Of a DNA stretch of 53,805 nucleotides, positions 7,371-16,531 are shown piece by piece. The stretch is from NCBI GenBank assembly GCA_046724475.1, contig JBKOVK010000039.1:1-53805 (forward strand), read 5' to 3'. Each line of letters opens with the position of its first letter. Positions within the stretch are counted from its first letter, which is position 1. The stretch comes from Acidobacteriota bacterium (GTDB taxonomy: Bacteria; Acidobacteriota; Thermoanaerobaculia; UBA5066; Gp7-AA6). Under the pieces are notes generated by a model that saw only the letters and a program-made list of their open reading frames with translations, was not told the DNA's origin and did no database searches. A program made the position numbers and the translations under genes.

Positions 7371-9067
7371 GGTCGCTTCCCCCCGGGCAGCATACTCTCG
7401 GGAGCCGCGCTCCGCCGCACGGAATAAGTTCGCCGCGCGTCCAGGTTCGCGTAGGTCTCGACCAGACCGTCGGGCCAGCGGATCTCGACGTCGACCTTCT
7501 CGGCCGTGCCCAGCCCGAAATGGAGCGGCGTCAGCGAGCCCGAAGCGTAGGACGGCGAGACACGATACACGCGAGTCTGCGTGCGCATGGGCGTCTTGAC
7601 TGCAACCGTCGTGCCGAGGACCGCGCGGCCGTCCGCGCCGACCCGAGGCTCGATCGCGATCCAGCTCTTCCCGGCGCCGATCACGTTTCGGAAGACGCGA
7701 ACCGGGCCGTCGATGTCCACGACCACGAGATCGAGCGCGCCGTCGCCGTGGAAGTCCGCGACGGCCGTTCCGCGCGCCGCCATCCGGACGCGGCCCAGAT
7801 CGCCCGAGTCCCACTCGGCGAAGCGTCCTTCCCCCAGGTTGCGCAGCAATACGGTCGTCTGCTCGAACGCGCGGTCTCCGGCCTCGACATATTCAAAGCC
7901 TCGGCTCTTGTAGTGGCCGAAGGTGCGGACGTATCGGGGCGCCAGGTGCCCGCCGGCGGCATACACGTCGAGCCACCCGTCATTGTCGAAGTCGGCGAAG
8001 TCGGTTCCCCACCGCACATATGGCATGCCGATCGCGGCGGCTCCCGAAGCCTTTCCCGCGTCCTCGAAGATCGTTCCGTCGACGTTCTTGTAGAGGCTGT
8101 TCTCCTCGGCCCCGAAGTTCGTCACGAACAGCGAGTCCCGGCCGATGCCGAACGGATCTCCGACGGCGACCCCCATTCCCGCGCGGGGATGGTCGCCCAG
8201 AACGCCCGCCCCCGTCTCCGCAGTCGTCTCGACGAACGTGCCGTCTCCGCGGTTGCGAAACAGGCGATTGGAGACGCGATCGTTGACGAAGTACAGGTCG
8301 CTCCAGCCGTCCCCGTCGTAGTCCAGCACGGCGACCGACAGCGTCTTCGTCTCCGCCGGCGGGATCGCGAGGCCCGCCTCCTTCGTGACGTCGCGGAACT
8401 TGCGGCCTCCGAGGTTCCGGTAGAGGTGGGACGGCTGGCCGACGTAGTCCTCGGGCACGCGGAGCTCGAACTGCTTCTGCGACGCTTCCCACTCGGCAGT
8501 CGACTCGAGGTAGTTGGCGACCACCACGTCGAGCTTCCCGTCGCCGTCGTAGTCGAGGAAATTCGCGCCGACCGAGAAGAGGGGATCCTCCAGGCCCGTG
8601 TCCTTGCCTTCCTCGAAGACGCCGTTCCCCTTGTTCCACCAGACCGCGTTGGGCCCGACGTTGGTGAGATAGAGATCCAGGAGGCCGTCGCCGTCGAGAT
8701 CGACCCAGTACGCTCCCATGCCCAGCCCGCAGGCGCGGATGCCGGACTTCTCCGTGACGTCCTCGAACTTTCCGCCGCCGAGGTTGCGGTAGAGGCGGCC
8801 GCAGTGGTCGCGATTGGGCTTGCCCCAGCGTTCGATCGAGTTGGTGACGTAGAGGTCGGGCCAGCCGTCGCCGTCGAAGTCGCCGGCGGCGCAGCCCCCG
8901 ACCATCGTCGCGATCAGCTTCAAACGCTGCAGATCCGAACTCACGCGCATCCGGATCCCGGACTCCTTCGTGACGTCCCGGAACACACCCGGGTCGGAGG
9001 ACTTCGCGGCCGTCACGACCGCAGCCACGATCGCCGCGAGGCCGGCCGCCGCAAGCGCCCGCCTCAC
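7367..9067 (-). CDS. CRTAC1-family protein (FG-GAP/VCBS plus ASPIC/UnbV), N-terminal signal anchor
   Basis: The GTG at 9067 overlaps the upstream stop (GTGA) and gives MRRALAAAGLAAIVAAVVTAAKSS. It has repeated DFDGDGWPDLYV, DLDGDGLLDLYL, DYDGDGKLDVVV, DYDGDGWSDLYF and DFDNDGWLDVY motifs, and a C-terminal UnbV-like GTTVAVKTPMRTQTRVYRVSPSYASGSLTPLHFGLG. Confidence 0.85.
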   Translation of the reverse strand: MRRALAAAGLAAIVAAVVTAAKSSDPGVFRDVTKESGIRMRVSSDLQRLKLIATMVGGCAAGDFDGDGWPDLYVTNSIERWGKPNRDHCGRLYRNLGGGKFEDVTEKSGIRACGLGMGAYWVDLDGDGLLDLYLTNVGPNAVWWNKGNGVFEEGKDTGLEDPLFSVGANFLDYDGDGKLDVVVANYLESTAEWEASQKQFELRVPEDYVGQPSHLYRNLGGRKFRDVTKEAGLAIPPAETKTLSVAVLDYDGDGWSDLYFVNDRVSNRLFRNRGDGTFVETTAETGAGVLGDHPRAGMGVAVGDPFGIGRDSLFVTNFGAEENSLYKNVDGTIFEDAGKASGAAAIGMPYVRWGTDFADFDNDGWLDVYAAGGHLAPRYVRTFGHYKSRGFEYVEAGDRAFEQTTVLLRNLGEGRFAEWDSGDLGRVRMAARGTAVADFHGDGALDLVVVDIDGPVRVFRNVIGAGKSWIAIEPRVGADGRAVLGTTVAVKTPMRTQTRVYRVSPSYASGSLTPLHFGLGTAEKVDVEIRWPDGLVETYANLDARRTYSVRRSAAPESMLPGGKRP

Positions 9068-12000
9068 TTCGTCTCCTTCCCGAAATTGCGCACGGCGTCC
9101 CGGAACTCGTCGGGCCCGCCTCGGCGAGTCAGATATTCCGCGGCGAAGGCGCGGTGCGCTTCGCTCTCGGGAAACGCGAGCGCGCCGTACCGCGCGTCCT
9201 CCATCCCGTGGAACGGAAGCGGCTCGACGGTCTGCCCCGCGACGGTGTTCTTGTCCCCATCCTTGTCCCAGCCGTCGGAGACGAACAACCAGTCGCGGAC
9301 GAAGCCCGGCGCGACCGGCGGCAATCGGCTCGCGTCGAACTCCAGGCGCACCGCGTCTCCGCCCTTCAGGATCGCGTAGCGGTCGTCGGCGGCGATCATC
9401 AGGTTTCGCACGTCGCCGAAACGCGTGTAGAGGCCCGCCATGTCGGCCCAGCGCGGCTCCGTCGACACGTCGTCGTGCACGAAGACGTCCGGACTGTCCG
9501 GCGTTTCCCGCGTCCTTCGAGAGAAACCGCGGAAAGAGAGCTCGGCCGAGACGAGGGGAACGGCCGTGATCGTCAGAGGCACCTCCGCCTCGTCCACGGT
9601 ATAGACGATGCGGTCCCAGTAGATCGCGAGGTTGGTCGAGATCCGCACCCTCGGATCGGCGCGATTCAGAATCTGCGAGAGATCCAGCGGCATCGTCTTC
9701 GTCTTGCCGGCGGGATAGCCCATGGAGGCGAGGGCGACCTTCCAGCCGCCCACCCCGTCGGGAACCTCGAGCACGGGAGGAGAGGCCGAGAGATCCTTGC
9801 GCTGCGACAGCGAGACGTTGATCGACGTGTCGGAGTAGAAGATCCATCCCGTCAGGTACAGCATCACGCGGCGCGCGGCACGCGCCTCCGGCAGCTCGAG
9901 CTCCAGGACGTGAGGCTCGACGATGCCCTGATACCTCGTCGGAGCGAATCCCGCGACGTACATGCCGTCCTGGGCCGAGATCTCCGCCGTGCGATCTTTG
10001 CCCTGCCCGTCGCGGGCTCGCGGCGTGAAGGGATGCGACACCGTGAAGAGCCTTTTCTCGGGAAACGGCGGCGGAACCATCTTCTCATCGGCGACGATCT
10101 CCGTCCCGGCCGGATGATCCACGGCCTTCAGCTCTGCGAGGTCCAGATAGGCGGCTTCCCAAAGCTCCTCGGTGAAGTCCAGCGTAAGCCGATTCTCGGC
10201 CGGCGCGAGCATGCGCCCGGGGACCACCAGCCACTCGCGCGTGTCGGCCGCGGCCTGGTGGACGCCGTCGTAAAGAAGTCCTGCGGGAGCTCGTCCGAGG
10301 ACGTCGCTGACGAAATGCCATCTCTCCCCGTCGAAGGCGTAGAGGAAGGGACACGAGCCTTTCAGCTGCTGGACCTCGCGCAGGAGCGTCCGCGTCGCCG
10401 GATCCAGCGCGTTCTGGGGAATTCCGTTGGTCCAGACGACGCGAAGGACGTCGACCTTGCGCCGCGGTCCCAGGCCTATGTGCGTGACCGGGCGGGATGC
10501 CGTGCGATAGACGTAGAGATCCTGCGCCTTCGCTTCGATCTCGGAGCCGAAGCCCAGGCGATTGACCTTGGCCGATCCGGTCGGCAGGCCCTCGAGCGCG
10601 ACGTCGATCCAGCCGTTGGCATTGCCGCCCCGGTTCTCGTAGAGCACGGCGCCTCCCGCCGGAGTGACGAGGGCTAAGTCGAGGTCGCCGTCCCGGTCGA
10701 AGTCCACGGCCTCGGCGTCGATCGCGGGCGGCAGGGGTCCGACGTCCGCAGGCGAGAAGTTCCCCGCCCCGTCGTTTCGCCAGAGCGTCGAAGCATCCTT
10801 CGGGTTGGCGAGAAAAAGGTCGAGCGCTCCGTCATTGTCGTAGTCGAAGAGCAGCGGCACCTCGCCCGGCCCGATCTCCTTGGGCGCACCGAAGGTTCCG
10901 TCTCCCCGATTGAGCGCGCGAAACGCCCGGCCTCCCTCGGTCCAGACGAGATCGACGCGCCCGTCGCCGTCGAGATCACCGAAGGCCGCGGCGCTCGGGC
11001 TGCCGGTCTTCGGGAGTCCCGCCTCGCGCAGAGCCAGGCGTCCTCCCCGCAGGTTGTCGTAGAGCGCGAAGCCCCGGCCGGCCGTCAGCAGCAGGAGGTC
11101 CACGTCCCCGTCGCGGTCGACGTCGGCCGTAACCACGGAGTGCGAAGCGATTCCCTTCGGCAGTCCGGAGGCCTCCGTGATGTCGGTCCACGTGCCGTCC
11201 AGGTTGTTGCGCAGGAGATGGTCGCCCGACGAAGACGACACGTAGAGATCGAGGTCTCCATCCGCATCCACATCGAAGACGGCGATCTTCTCTCCGGAGG
11301 CAAGCGCGACCTTGCGAAACGCATCGCCTTCGCGCACCCACAGCGCGCCCGGCGTGACGAAATCGAGCTCGCCCGAGTTCGTCACGTCGGCGACCACGAG
11401 GTCCGCCGCGGCCGATTCCGGGATCGCGCTGCCGGCACGAAAGGCGTTACCCTGCACCGAGGCAAGCCGCACGCCCGCCGGACCCGCAAACGCGAGATCG
11501 CGCGCCTCCTTGCCGGCGGCGCGCACGACCGCCGCGCCGGACACGGATGAAAGGCCCGCCGCCGGCTGCGGCGCGAACCGGACGTCGACTCCCTTCGACA
11601 TCCGAACGCGCATGGCCGCCTCGAGCGCCGGCGTCCAGGTTTCCAGAGGCAGACCCACCACGCCGGGGTCGACGTCACGCCGGGCCTGCTGGTATCGGGG
11701 CGTGGCCTTGAGAAGGTTTTCGACGACCGTGGCCTTCAGCGCGGCGGTCTTCACGTCCCCGCTCTGCTGCGCCGCCTTCGCCTGAGCCAACGCCCCATCG
11801 AGCTTCGGATCGCCGGCCGTCAGCCGCGCGATCCGATCCAGCGCCTCGGCCGCGCGGGACGCGTCCCCCTGCGCACGGGCGATTTCGTTCACGCGCGCCA
11901 GGAGAAAGAGGTTGGCCGGCGCGAGCGACAGGGCCGCTTCGAGGTTACGCATCGCGCGAGCGCGTCCCGCATCTCCCTGCGAAGACGCGAGGCGCGCGGC

Positions 12001-12405
12001 GCTCCAGAGCGAGCGGACGTCTCCGGGCGGAATCGCGCCGGCCTTCTCGAAGGCGGCGATCGCTCCCGCGATGTCTCCCGCAAGCTCCCGCCGCGTGCCT
12101 TCCAGGGCGATCACGCGCGGATCGTCGGGAGCCAGCGTCTTCGCGCGCGCCAGCAGCGCGGCGGCCTCGTCCATCGTCTTCGAGCGCATCGCCGCCACGC
12201 CGCCGTCGGCCCAACCCAGCGGCTCCCCGGGAGCGAGCTTGCGGACGGCTTCGAATCGCCGCGCCGCCTCGACTGGATTTCCCTGCTCGAGGGCGGCCAG
12301 CCCCACGTTCTTGTCGGCCTGCAGGCGCGCAAGGTCGGCGGCAGGGGGAATCGCCGGCGCGGCGAGGGCTACGAGAAAGAAGAGGACCGGTGAAACGGGG
12401 CTCAC
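9064..12405 (-). CDS. Large TPR / FG-GAP / ASPIC-UnbV protein with an additional ~370-aa C-terminal domain
   Basis: The GTG at 12405 gives the signal-like N-terminus MSPVSPVLFFLVALAAPAIPPAA. N-terminal TPR-like helices are followed by FG-GAP motifs (DVDADGDLDLYV, DVDRDGDVDLLLL, DLDGDGRVDLVW, DYDNDGALDLFL, DFDRDGDLDLAL) and an UnbV-like segment. The long C-terminal extension is of unknown function. Confidence 0.85.
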   Translation of the reverse strand: MSPVSPVLFFLVALAAPAIPPAADLARLQADKNVGLAALEQGNPVEAARRFEAVRKLAPGEPLGWADGGVAAMRSKTMDEAAALLARAKTLAPDDPRVIALEGTRRELAGDIAGAIAAFEKAGAIPPGDVRSLWSAARLASSQGDAGRARAMRNLEAALSLAPANLFLLARVNEIARAQGDASRAAEALDRIARLTAGDPKLDGALAQAKAAQQSGDVKTAALKATVVENLLKATPRYQQARRDVDPGVVGLPLETWTPALEAAMRVRMSKGVDVRFAPQPAAGLSSVSGAAVVRAAGKEARDLAFAGPAGVRLASVQGNAFRAGSAIPESAAADLVVADVTNSGELDFVTPGALWVREGDAFRKVALASGEKIAVFDVDADGDLDLYVSSSSGDHLLRNNLDGTWTDITEASGLPKGIASHSVVTADVDRDGDVDLLLLTAGRGFALYDNLRGGRLALREAGLPKTGSPSAAAFGDLDGDGRVDLVWTEGGRAFRALNRGDGTFGAPKEIGPGEVPLLFDYDNDGALDLFLANPKDASTLWRNDGAGNFSPADVGPLPPAIDAEAVDFDRDGDLDLALVTPAGGAVLYENRGGNANGWIDVALEGLPTGSAKVNRLGFGSEIEAKAQDLYVYRTASRPVTHIGLGPRRKVDVLRVVWTNGIPQNALDPATRTLLREVQQLKGSCPFLYAFDGERWHFVSDVLGRAPAGLLYDGVHQAAADTREWLVVPGRMLAPAENRLTLDFTEELWEAAYLDLAELKAVDHPAGTEIVADEKMVPPPFPEKRLFTVSHPFTPRARDGQGKDRTAEISAQDGMYVAGFAPTRYQGIVEPHVLELELPEARAARRVMLYLTGWIFYSDTSINVSLSQRKDLSASPPVLEVPDGVGGWKVALASMGYPAGKTKTMPLDLSQILNRADPRVRISTNLAIYWDRIVYTVDEAEVPLTITAVPLVSAELSFRGFSRRTRETPDSPDVFVHDDVSTEPRWADMAGLYTRFGDVRNLMIAADDRYAILKGGDAVRLEFDASRLPPVAPGFVRDWLFVSDGWDKDGDKNTVAGQTVEPLPFHGMEDARYGALAFPESEAHRAFAAEYLTRRGGPDEFRDAVRNFGKETK

Positions 12406-12427
12406 CGGCGAGCGGTCACGAGTGTGA

Positions 12428-12949
12428 TCACGCGGTCGCGGCTCCGCCCAACGCCTTCTCGAAGGCGTGGTACGCGTCGTCGTCGTAGAGGCAGAAGACA
12501 ATCCGCTTGACGTACTCGGCGTCCGGCGCGAAGGACTTGGCCGCGGCCATGGAGATCTCGGCAGCCTGGGCCAGCGGGAAGCCGAAGACGCCCGTGGACA
12601 GCGCCGGCACCGCCACCGAAGTCGCGCCGATGTCTTCGGCGCGGCGCAACGCCTGCAGAACCGCAGAAGCCAGAAGCATCTCCTCGCCGTACGAGCCGCC
12701 CTTCCACACCGGCCCGACGGCGTGTATCACCCATTTGGCTCGAAGGTTGCCCGCCTTCGTCACGACCGCCTGCCCGACCTCGCAGGTGCCGATCCGGTCA
12801 CACTCCTCCTGGATCGCGGGGCCTCCCCGGAGGCGGATCGCGCCCGCCACGCCGGATCCCAGCTGCAGCGCTTCGTTGGCCGCGTTGACGATCGCGTCGA
12901 CCGAGAGGCCCGTGATGTCCGCCTTGGTCAGTTCGATCGAGGCCGCCAT
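12428..12949 (-). CDS. Macro domain protein (ADP-ribose / O-acetyl-ADP-ribose binding or hydrolase, YmdB-like)
   Basis: 173 aa with DAIVNAANEALQLGSGVAGAI and STGVFGFP motifs typical of stand-alone macro domains. A GGGAG Shine-Dalgarno sequence lies 4 nt upstream. Confidence 0.85.
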   Translation of the reverse strand: MAASIELTKADITGLSVDAIVNAANEALQLGSGVAGAIRLRGGPAIQEECDRIGTCEVGQAVVTKAGNLRAKWVIHAVGPVWKGGSYGEEMLLASAVLQALRRAEDIGATSVAVPALSTGVFGFPLAQAAEISMAAAKSFAPDAEYVKRIVFCLYDDDAYHAFEKALGGAATA

Positions 12950-12962
12950 CGCGCTCCCGGCG

Positions 12963-14033
12963 TCAGGCTCCGACGGCGCGCGAGACGGCGTCCGCGATCG
13001 AGAGGTAGGCCTCCGTGACCGCCGACTTCGGCTCTCCGGCGACGATGGGCTGGCCCGCGTCGCCGCCGACGGCGACTTTCGGATCCAGCGGGATCTCGCC
13101 CAGGAACGGCACGTGGAGCTGTCGCGCGGTGCGCTCCCCTCCTCCGTGCTTGAAGATCTCCTCGCGGCGGCCGCAACCCGGGCAGATGAAGTAGGACATG
13201 TTCTCGACGATCCCGAGCACCGGCACGTTGACCTTCTGGAACATCGCCAGCCCCTTGCGGGCGTCGATCAGCGAGACGTCCTGCGGCGTGGTCACGATGA
13301 CCGCGCCGGAGAGCTGGATCTTCTGAGTCAGCGTCAGCTGGGCGTCGCCGGTTCCCGGAGGCAGATCGATGACCAGAAAGTCCAGCGCTCCCCAGGCCAC
13401 GTCCTGCAGGAACTGCTCGACGGCCTTCATCACCATGGGGCCCCGCCAGATGACCGGCTGGTCCACGTCCATGAGAAAGCCCAGCGAGATGACCTTCACG
13501 CCGAAGCGCTCGATCGGAACGATCTGGTTGGACTCGTTGACGTAAGGCTTCTCGTCGATTCCCATCATCATCTGCTGCGACGGCCCGTAGATGTCGGAGT
13601 CCATCAGCCCGACGCTGTGGCCCCGGCGTTCCAGCGCCAGGGCCAGGTTGGCGGCGACTGTGGACTTCCCGACACCTCCCTTCCCCGACGCGACCGCGAT
13701 CTTGAAGCGGACGTCGGTGAGGATGGCGGCGCCGGCCGCCGGAGCCGGGGCGCCTCGCGGAGCCGCCGCGGAGGGCGGCTTGACGTCGAGACGGATCGTG
13801 ACGGCCGAGACCCCGGGCAGGGAGCGCAGCTTCTCGGTGGCGTCGCGACGGATCTCCTCGGCCGCCTTCGGCGATTCGGTCGTGATTTCGAGGCGAAAAG
13901 CGACATTGCCTCCGCCGACCGTGAGGTCCTTGACGAACCCGAAGGACACGATGTCGCGGGAGAGGCCCGGAAACCGCACGGTCCTCAGGACATCGAGGAC
14001 TTTTTCTTCGGTCAGCTCGGCCGTCGCCGTCAT
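12963..14033 (-). CDS. apbC: Mrp/ApbC-type Fe-S cluster carrier ATPase
   Basis: It has an N-terminal DUF59-like segment, the deviant Walker A IAVASGKGGVGKST, and the CPGC cluster-ligand motif (YFICPGCGRREEIF). The ATG at 14033 overlaps the plsC stop. Confidence 0.9.
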   Translation of the reverse strand: MTATAELTEEKVLDVLRTVRFPGLSRDIVSFGFVKDLTVGGGNVAFRLEITTESPKAAEEIRRDATEKLRSLPGVSAVTIRLDVKPPSAAAPRGAPAPAAGAAILTDVRFKIAVASGKGGVGKSTVAANLALALERRGHSVGLMDSDIYGPSQQMMMGIDEKPYVNESNQIVPIERFGVKVISLGFLMDVDQPVIWRGPMVMKAVEQFLQDVAWGALDFLVIDLPPGTGDAQLTLTQKIQLSGAVIVTTPQDVSLIDARKGLAMFQKVNVPVLGIVENMSYFICPGCGRREEIFKHGGGERTARQLHVPFLGEIPLDPKVAVGGDAGQPIVAGEPKSAVTEAYLSIADAVSRAVGA

Positions 14034-14779
14034 TGCGCCTCCGTCACGCGATTGTATGCCACGGCCTCGCGCGCCTCTTCGCGCAGGGACGCCACGGTCT
14101 CGCGCAGCCGCTGCGTGACCGTCGCGCGGTCCTTTGCCGTCAATCCGGTCACGTCGATCGGCTCGCCGACGGCGACAGCCACCTCCGAGGGCGTGATCGT
14201 GAAGCCGCCGCGTTTCTGGATGCGGAACGTTCCCGCCAGTCCGAGCGGCAGGATCGGAAGCCCGGCGTGGATCGCGAGCAGCGCCGCTCCGGCCTTGAAC
14301 GGGAGGAGCTCGCCCGTTCGCGTGCGCGTCTCCTCGGGAAACACGATGAGCGAGCGACCTGCAGCCAGGCGCTTGAGCGACGTTTCGATCGTCGCGGCGT
14401 TGCGCCCGCGTTCGCCCCGATCCACCGGCACGAAGCCGGCGGCGGCGATCGCCCAGCCCAGAAACGGAAGACGGAAGAGATTGCGCTTGGCGAGGAACCG
14501 CAGAGACAGCGGCACGGTCGTGAAGATCACCAGGATGTCGTAGAAGCTCTCGTGATTGGGGGCAATGACGTAGCTTCCGGAGCGCGGCATGCGCTCGGGG
14601 TGGAGCATTCGGGGGTGCACGCCGGATGCTCTCAGGATGATGCGGGACCAGATGCGGCCCATCTTCAGAGCGAGTTCCCCCCTCGGGGGCACCCAGGAGA
14701 GCAGCATCGCGGGCAACCCGCAGAGGATCGTCGACAGGACGATGACGAACCAGATGCCGAGCGACCGCAGGAAACGCAC
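14030..14779 (-). CDS. plsC: 1-acyl-sn-glycerol-3-phosphate acyltransferase
   Basis: It has the H(X)4D motif NHESFYD, the FPEETRTRTG block and an N-terminal TM helix. The start is GTG at 14779. Confidence 0.85.
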   Translation of the reverse strand: MRFLRSLGIWFVIVLSTILCGLPAMLLSWVPPRGELALKMGRIWSRIILRASGVHPRMLHPERMPRSGSYVIAPNHESFYDILVIFTTVPLSLRFLAKRNLFRLPFLGWAIAAAGFVPVDRGERGRNAATIETSLKRLAAGRSLIVFPEETRTRTGELLPFKAGAALLAIHAGLPILPLGLAGTFRIQKRGGFTITPSEVAVAVGEPIDVTGLTAKDRATVTQRLRETVASLREEAREAVAYNRVTEAQ

Positions 14780-14823
14780 GGCGCGGGATCGTAGCAGAGC
14801 GACAACTCTCGATGCGTCCGGCG

Positions 14824-14853
14824 TTTACACGAGGCGAAGCGGCAGCGTAGAAT
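14824..14853 (+). promoter_or_regulatory. Sigma70-type promoter of the mlaEFD / UDP-sugar operon
   Basis: TTTACA (14824-14829), an 18-nt spacer, then TAGAAT (14848-14853). The hexamer ends 11 nt before ATG 14865, which implies a very short or absent leader. Confidence 0.5.
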
Positions 14854-14864
14854 GGCCCGCTCTC

Positions 14865-15698
14865 ATGACGCAACCCGTACCCCAGCCGTCGGCGACGGCG
14901 ATCTTCTATCGGAACCTGCGCTGGCTCCGGTTCGTCGACCGCTTCGGGCGCAAGGGGCAGCAGACCCTCGAGTACGTCGGCGGCCTGGCGCAGCTCGTGG
15001 TCCAGACCGCCGTCGCCAGCGTGACCCGGCCGTTCTACTCCAACGAACTCGTCCGGGAAATGGACGAGCTCGGCGTCAAGTCCCTGTCCATCACGGGCAT
15101 CACCGCGCTCTTCACCGGAATGGTGCTGGCGTTGCAGACAGCGTACTCGCTCGAGGCGTTCGGCGGAAAGATGTTCGTCGGCCGCGTCGTGGCGCTCTCG
15201 CTCGTTCGCGAGCTGGGGCCCGTGCTGACGGCGCTGATGGTCGGCGGCCGGGTGGGCTCCGGCATCACGGCCGAGATCGGCTCGATGACCGTGACCGAGC
15301 AGGTCGACGCGCTGCGGTCCATGGCGATCTCGCCGGTGCGCCGGCTCGTGGTTCCTCGCGTCCTCGCCACCATCATCATGATGCCGGTGCTGACGGCCAT
15401 CGCCGACGTGCTCGGCATCCTGGGAGGCCTTGGGATCGCCGTCATCGAGCTCCAGATGACCGCGCAGGACTACATCACCAGCATCTGGCAGCAGCTCGCG
15501 ATCTCGGACATCGGCAGCGGACTGGCCAAGACGGTCTTCTTCGGCCTCGAGATCGCGATCGTCGGCTGTTACAACGGATTGCAGGTCGAAGGCGGCGCCG
15601 CGGCCGTGGGCCGAGCCACGACACGCACCGTCGTCCTGGCCTCGATCTGCGTCCTGGTCTCCGACTTCTTCCTGACGAAGCTCTTCTTGGCCCTCTAA
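14865..15698 (+). CDS. mlaE: MlaE-family ABC transporter permease
   Basis: 277 aa with the typical MlaE pattern (FGGKMFVGRVVALSLVRELGPVLTALMVGGRVGSGITAEIGSMTVTEQVDALRSM). Confidence 0.85.
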   Translation: MTQPVPQPSATAIFYRNLRWLRFVDRFGRKGQQTLEYVGGLAQLVVQTAVASVTRPFYSNELVREMDELGVKSLSITGITALFTGMVLALQTAYSLEAFGGKMFVGRVVALSLVRELGPVLTALMVGGRVGSGITAEIGSMTVTEQVDALRSMAISPVRRLVVPRVLATIIMMPVLTAIADVLGILGGLGIAVIELQMTAQDYITSIWQQLAISDIGSGLAKTVFFGLEIAIVGCYNGLQVEGGAAAVGRATTRTVVLASICVLVSDFFLTKLFLAL

Positions 15699-16525
15699 TG
15701 AGCGCGACCGCACCGGCCACCGACCGTTCGCCCGCCGCCCGTACGGCGGGCGAGCCGATCGTCGAGTTCGACAACACGTGGAAGCGCTACAGCGGGCGCG
15801 ACGTGCTCGCCGGCGTCAACCTGAAGATTCGCCGGGGCGAGGTCCTCTGCGTGCTGGGCCCGTCGGGGACCGGCAAAAGCGTCACGCTGCGGCACATCAA
15901 CGGCCTGACGAAACCCGACGAGGGCGACGTCCGGGTGTTCGGAGAGTCTGTCGTCGGCCTGAACGAGGAGCAGCTCGCCCCGGTCCGGCGCCGGATCACG
16001 ATGCTTTTCCAGGGCGGCGCGCTCTTCGACTCGATGAACGTCGAGGAGAACGTCGGGTTCCCCTTGACGGAGCACACCGACAAGGGGCCCGAGGAGATCG
16101 CCTCGCTGGTCTCCGAGAAGCTGACGATGGTCGGGCTGCCCGGCATCCAGAGAAAGATGCCCTCCGAGCTCTCGGGCGGCATGCGCAAGCGCGTGGCGCT
16201 GGCCCGTTCGATCGCCCTGGATCCGGAAATCATCCTCTACGACGAACCGACGACCGGTCTGGATCCGCTGTCTTCGGAGAAAATCGCGCAGCTGATCGTG
16301 GACCTGAACGTGCGCCTCCGGACGACCTCGGTCGTGGTCACCCACGACATCGTGGCCGCGCGGACGGTGGCCGATCGCCTCGCGTTCCTGCACCAGGGGC
16401 GCTTCCAGTTCATCGGCACCTTCGACGAGGCCGCGCGCGGCGGCCATCCGGTTCTGATGGAGTACTTCCGATCGATGGGCTTCCCGTGCGGTACCGGCAC
16501 GTTCCAGGCGGTGAAGGAGGGATAG
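15698..16525 (+). CDS. mlaF: MlaF-like ABC transporter ATP-binding protein
   Basis: It has Walker A GPSGTGKS, the signature LSGGMRKR and Walker B ILYDEPT. The ATG overlaps the mlaE TAA (TAATG). Confidence 0.85.
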   Translation: MSATAPATDRSPAARTAGEPIVEFDNTWKRYSGRDVLAGVNLKIRRGEVLCVLGPSGTGKSVTLRHINGLTKPDEGDVRVFGESVVGLNEEQLAPVRRRITMLFQGGALFDSMNVEENVGFPLTEHTDKGPEEIASLVSEKLTMVGLPGIQRKMPSELSGGMRKRVALARSIALDPEIILYDEPTTGLDPLSSEKIAQLIVDLNVRLRTTSVVVTHDIVAARTVADRLAFLHQGRFQFIGTFDEAARGGHPVLMEYFRSMGFPCGTGTFQAVKEG

Positions 16526-16531
16526 GGGCGA

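Noticed and set aside
12424-12431. The 8-bp palindrome GTGATCAC spanning the macro-domain stop codon.
   Set aside because: It is short and isolated, and its occurrence is explained by the stop codon context. There is no partner site or flanking structure to suggest a regulatory role.
12428-12949. The macro domain gene as a possible DarG-type antitoxin or defence component.
   Set aside because: It is a 173-aa stand-alone macro domain with no C-terminal DarG extension and no adjacent DarT-like (DUF4433) gene. It sits inside a housekeeping-looking operon with apbC and plsC.
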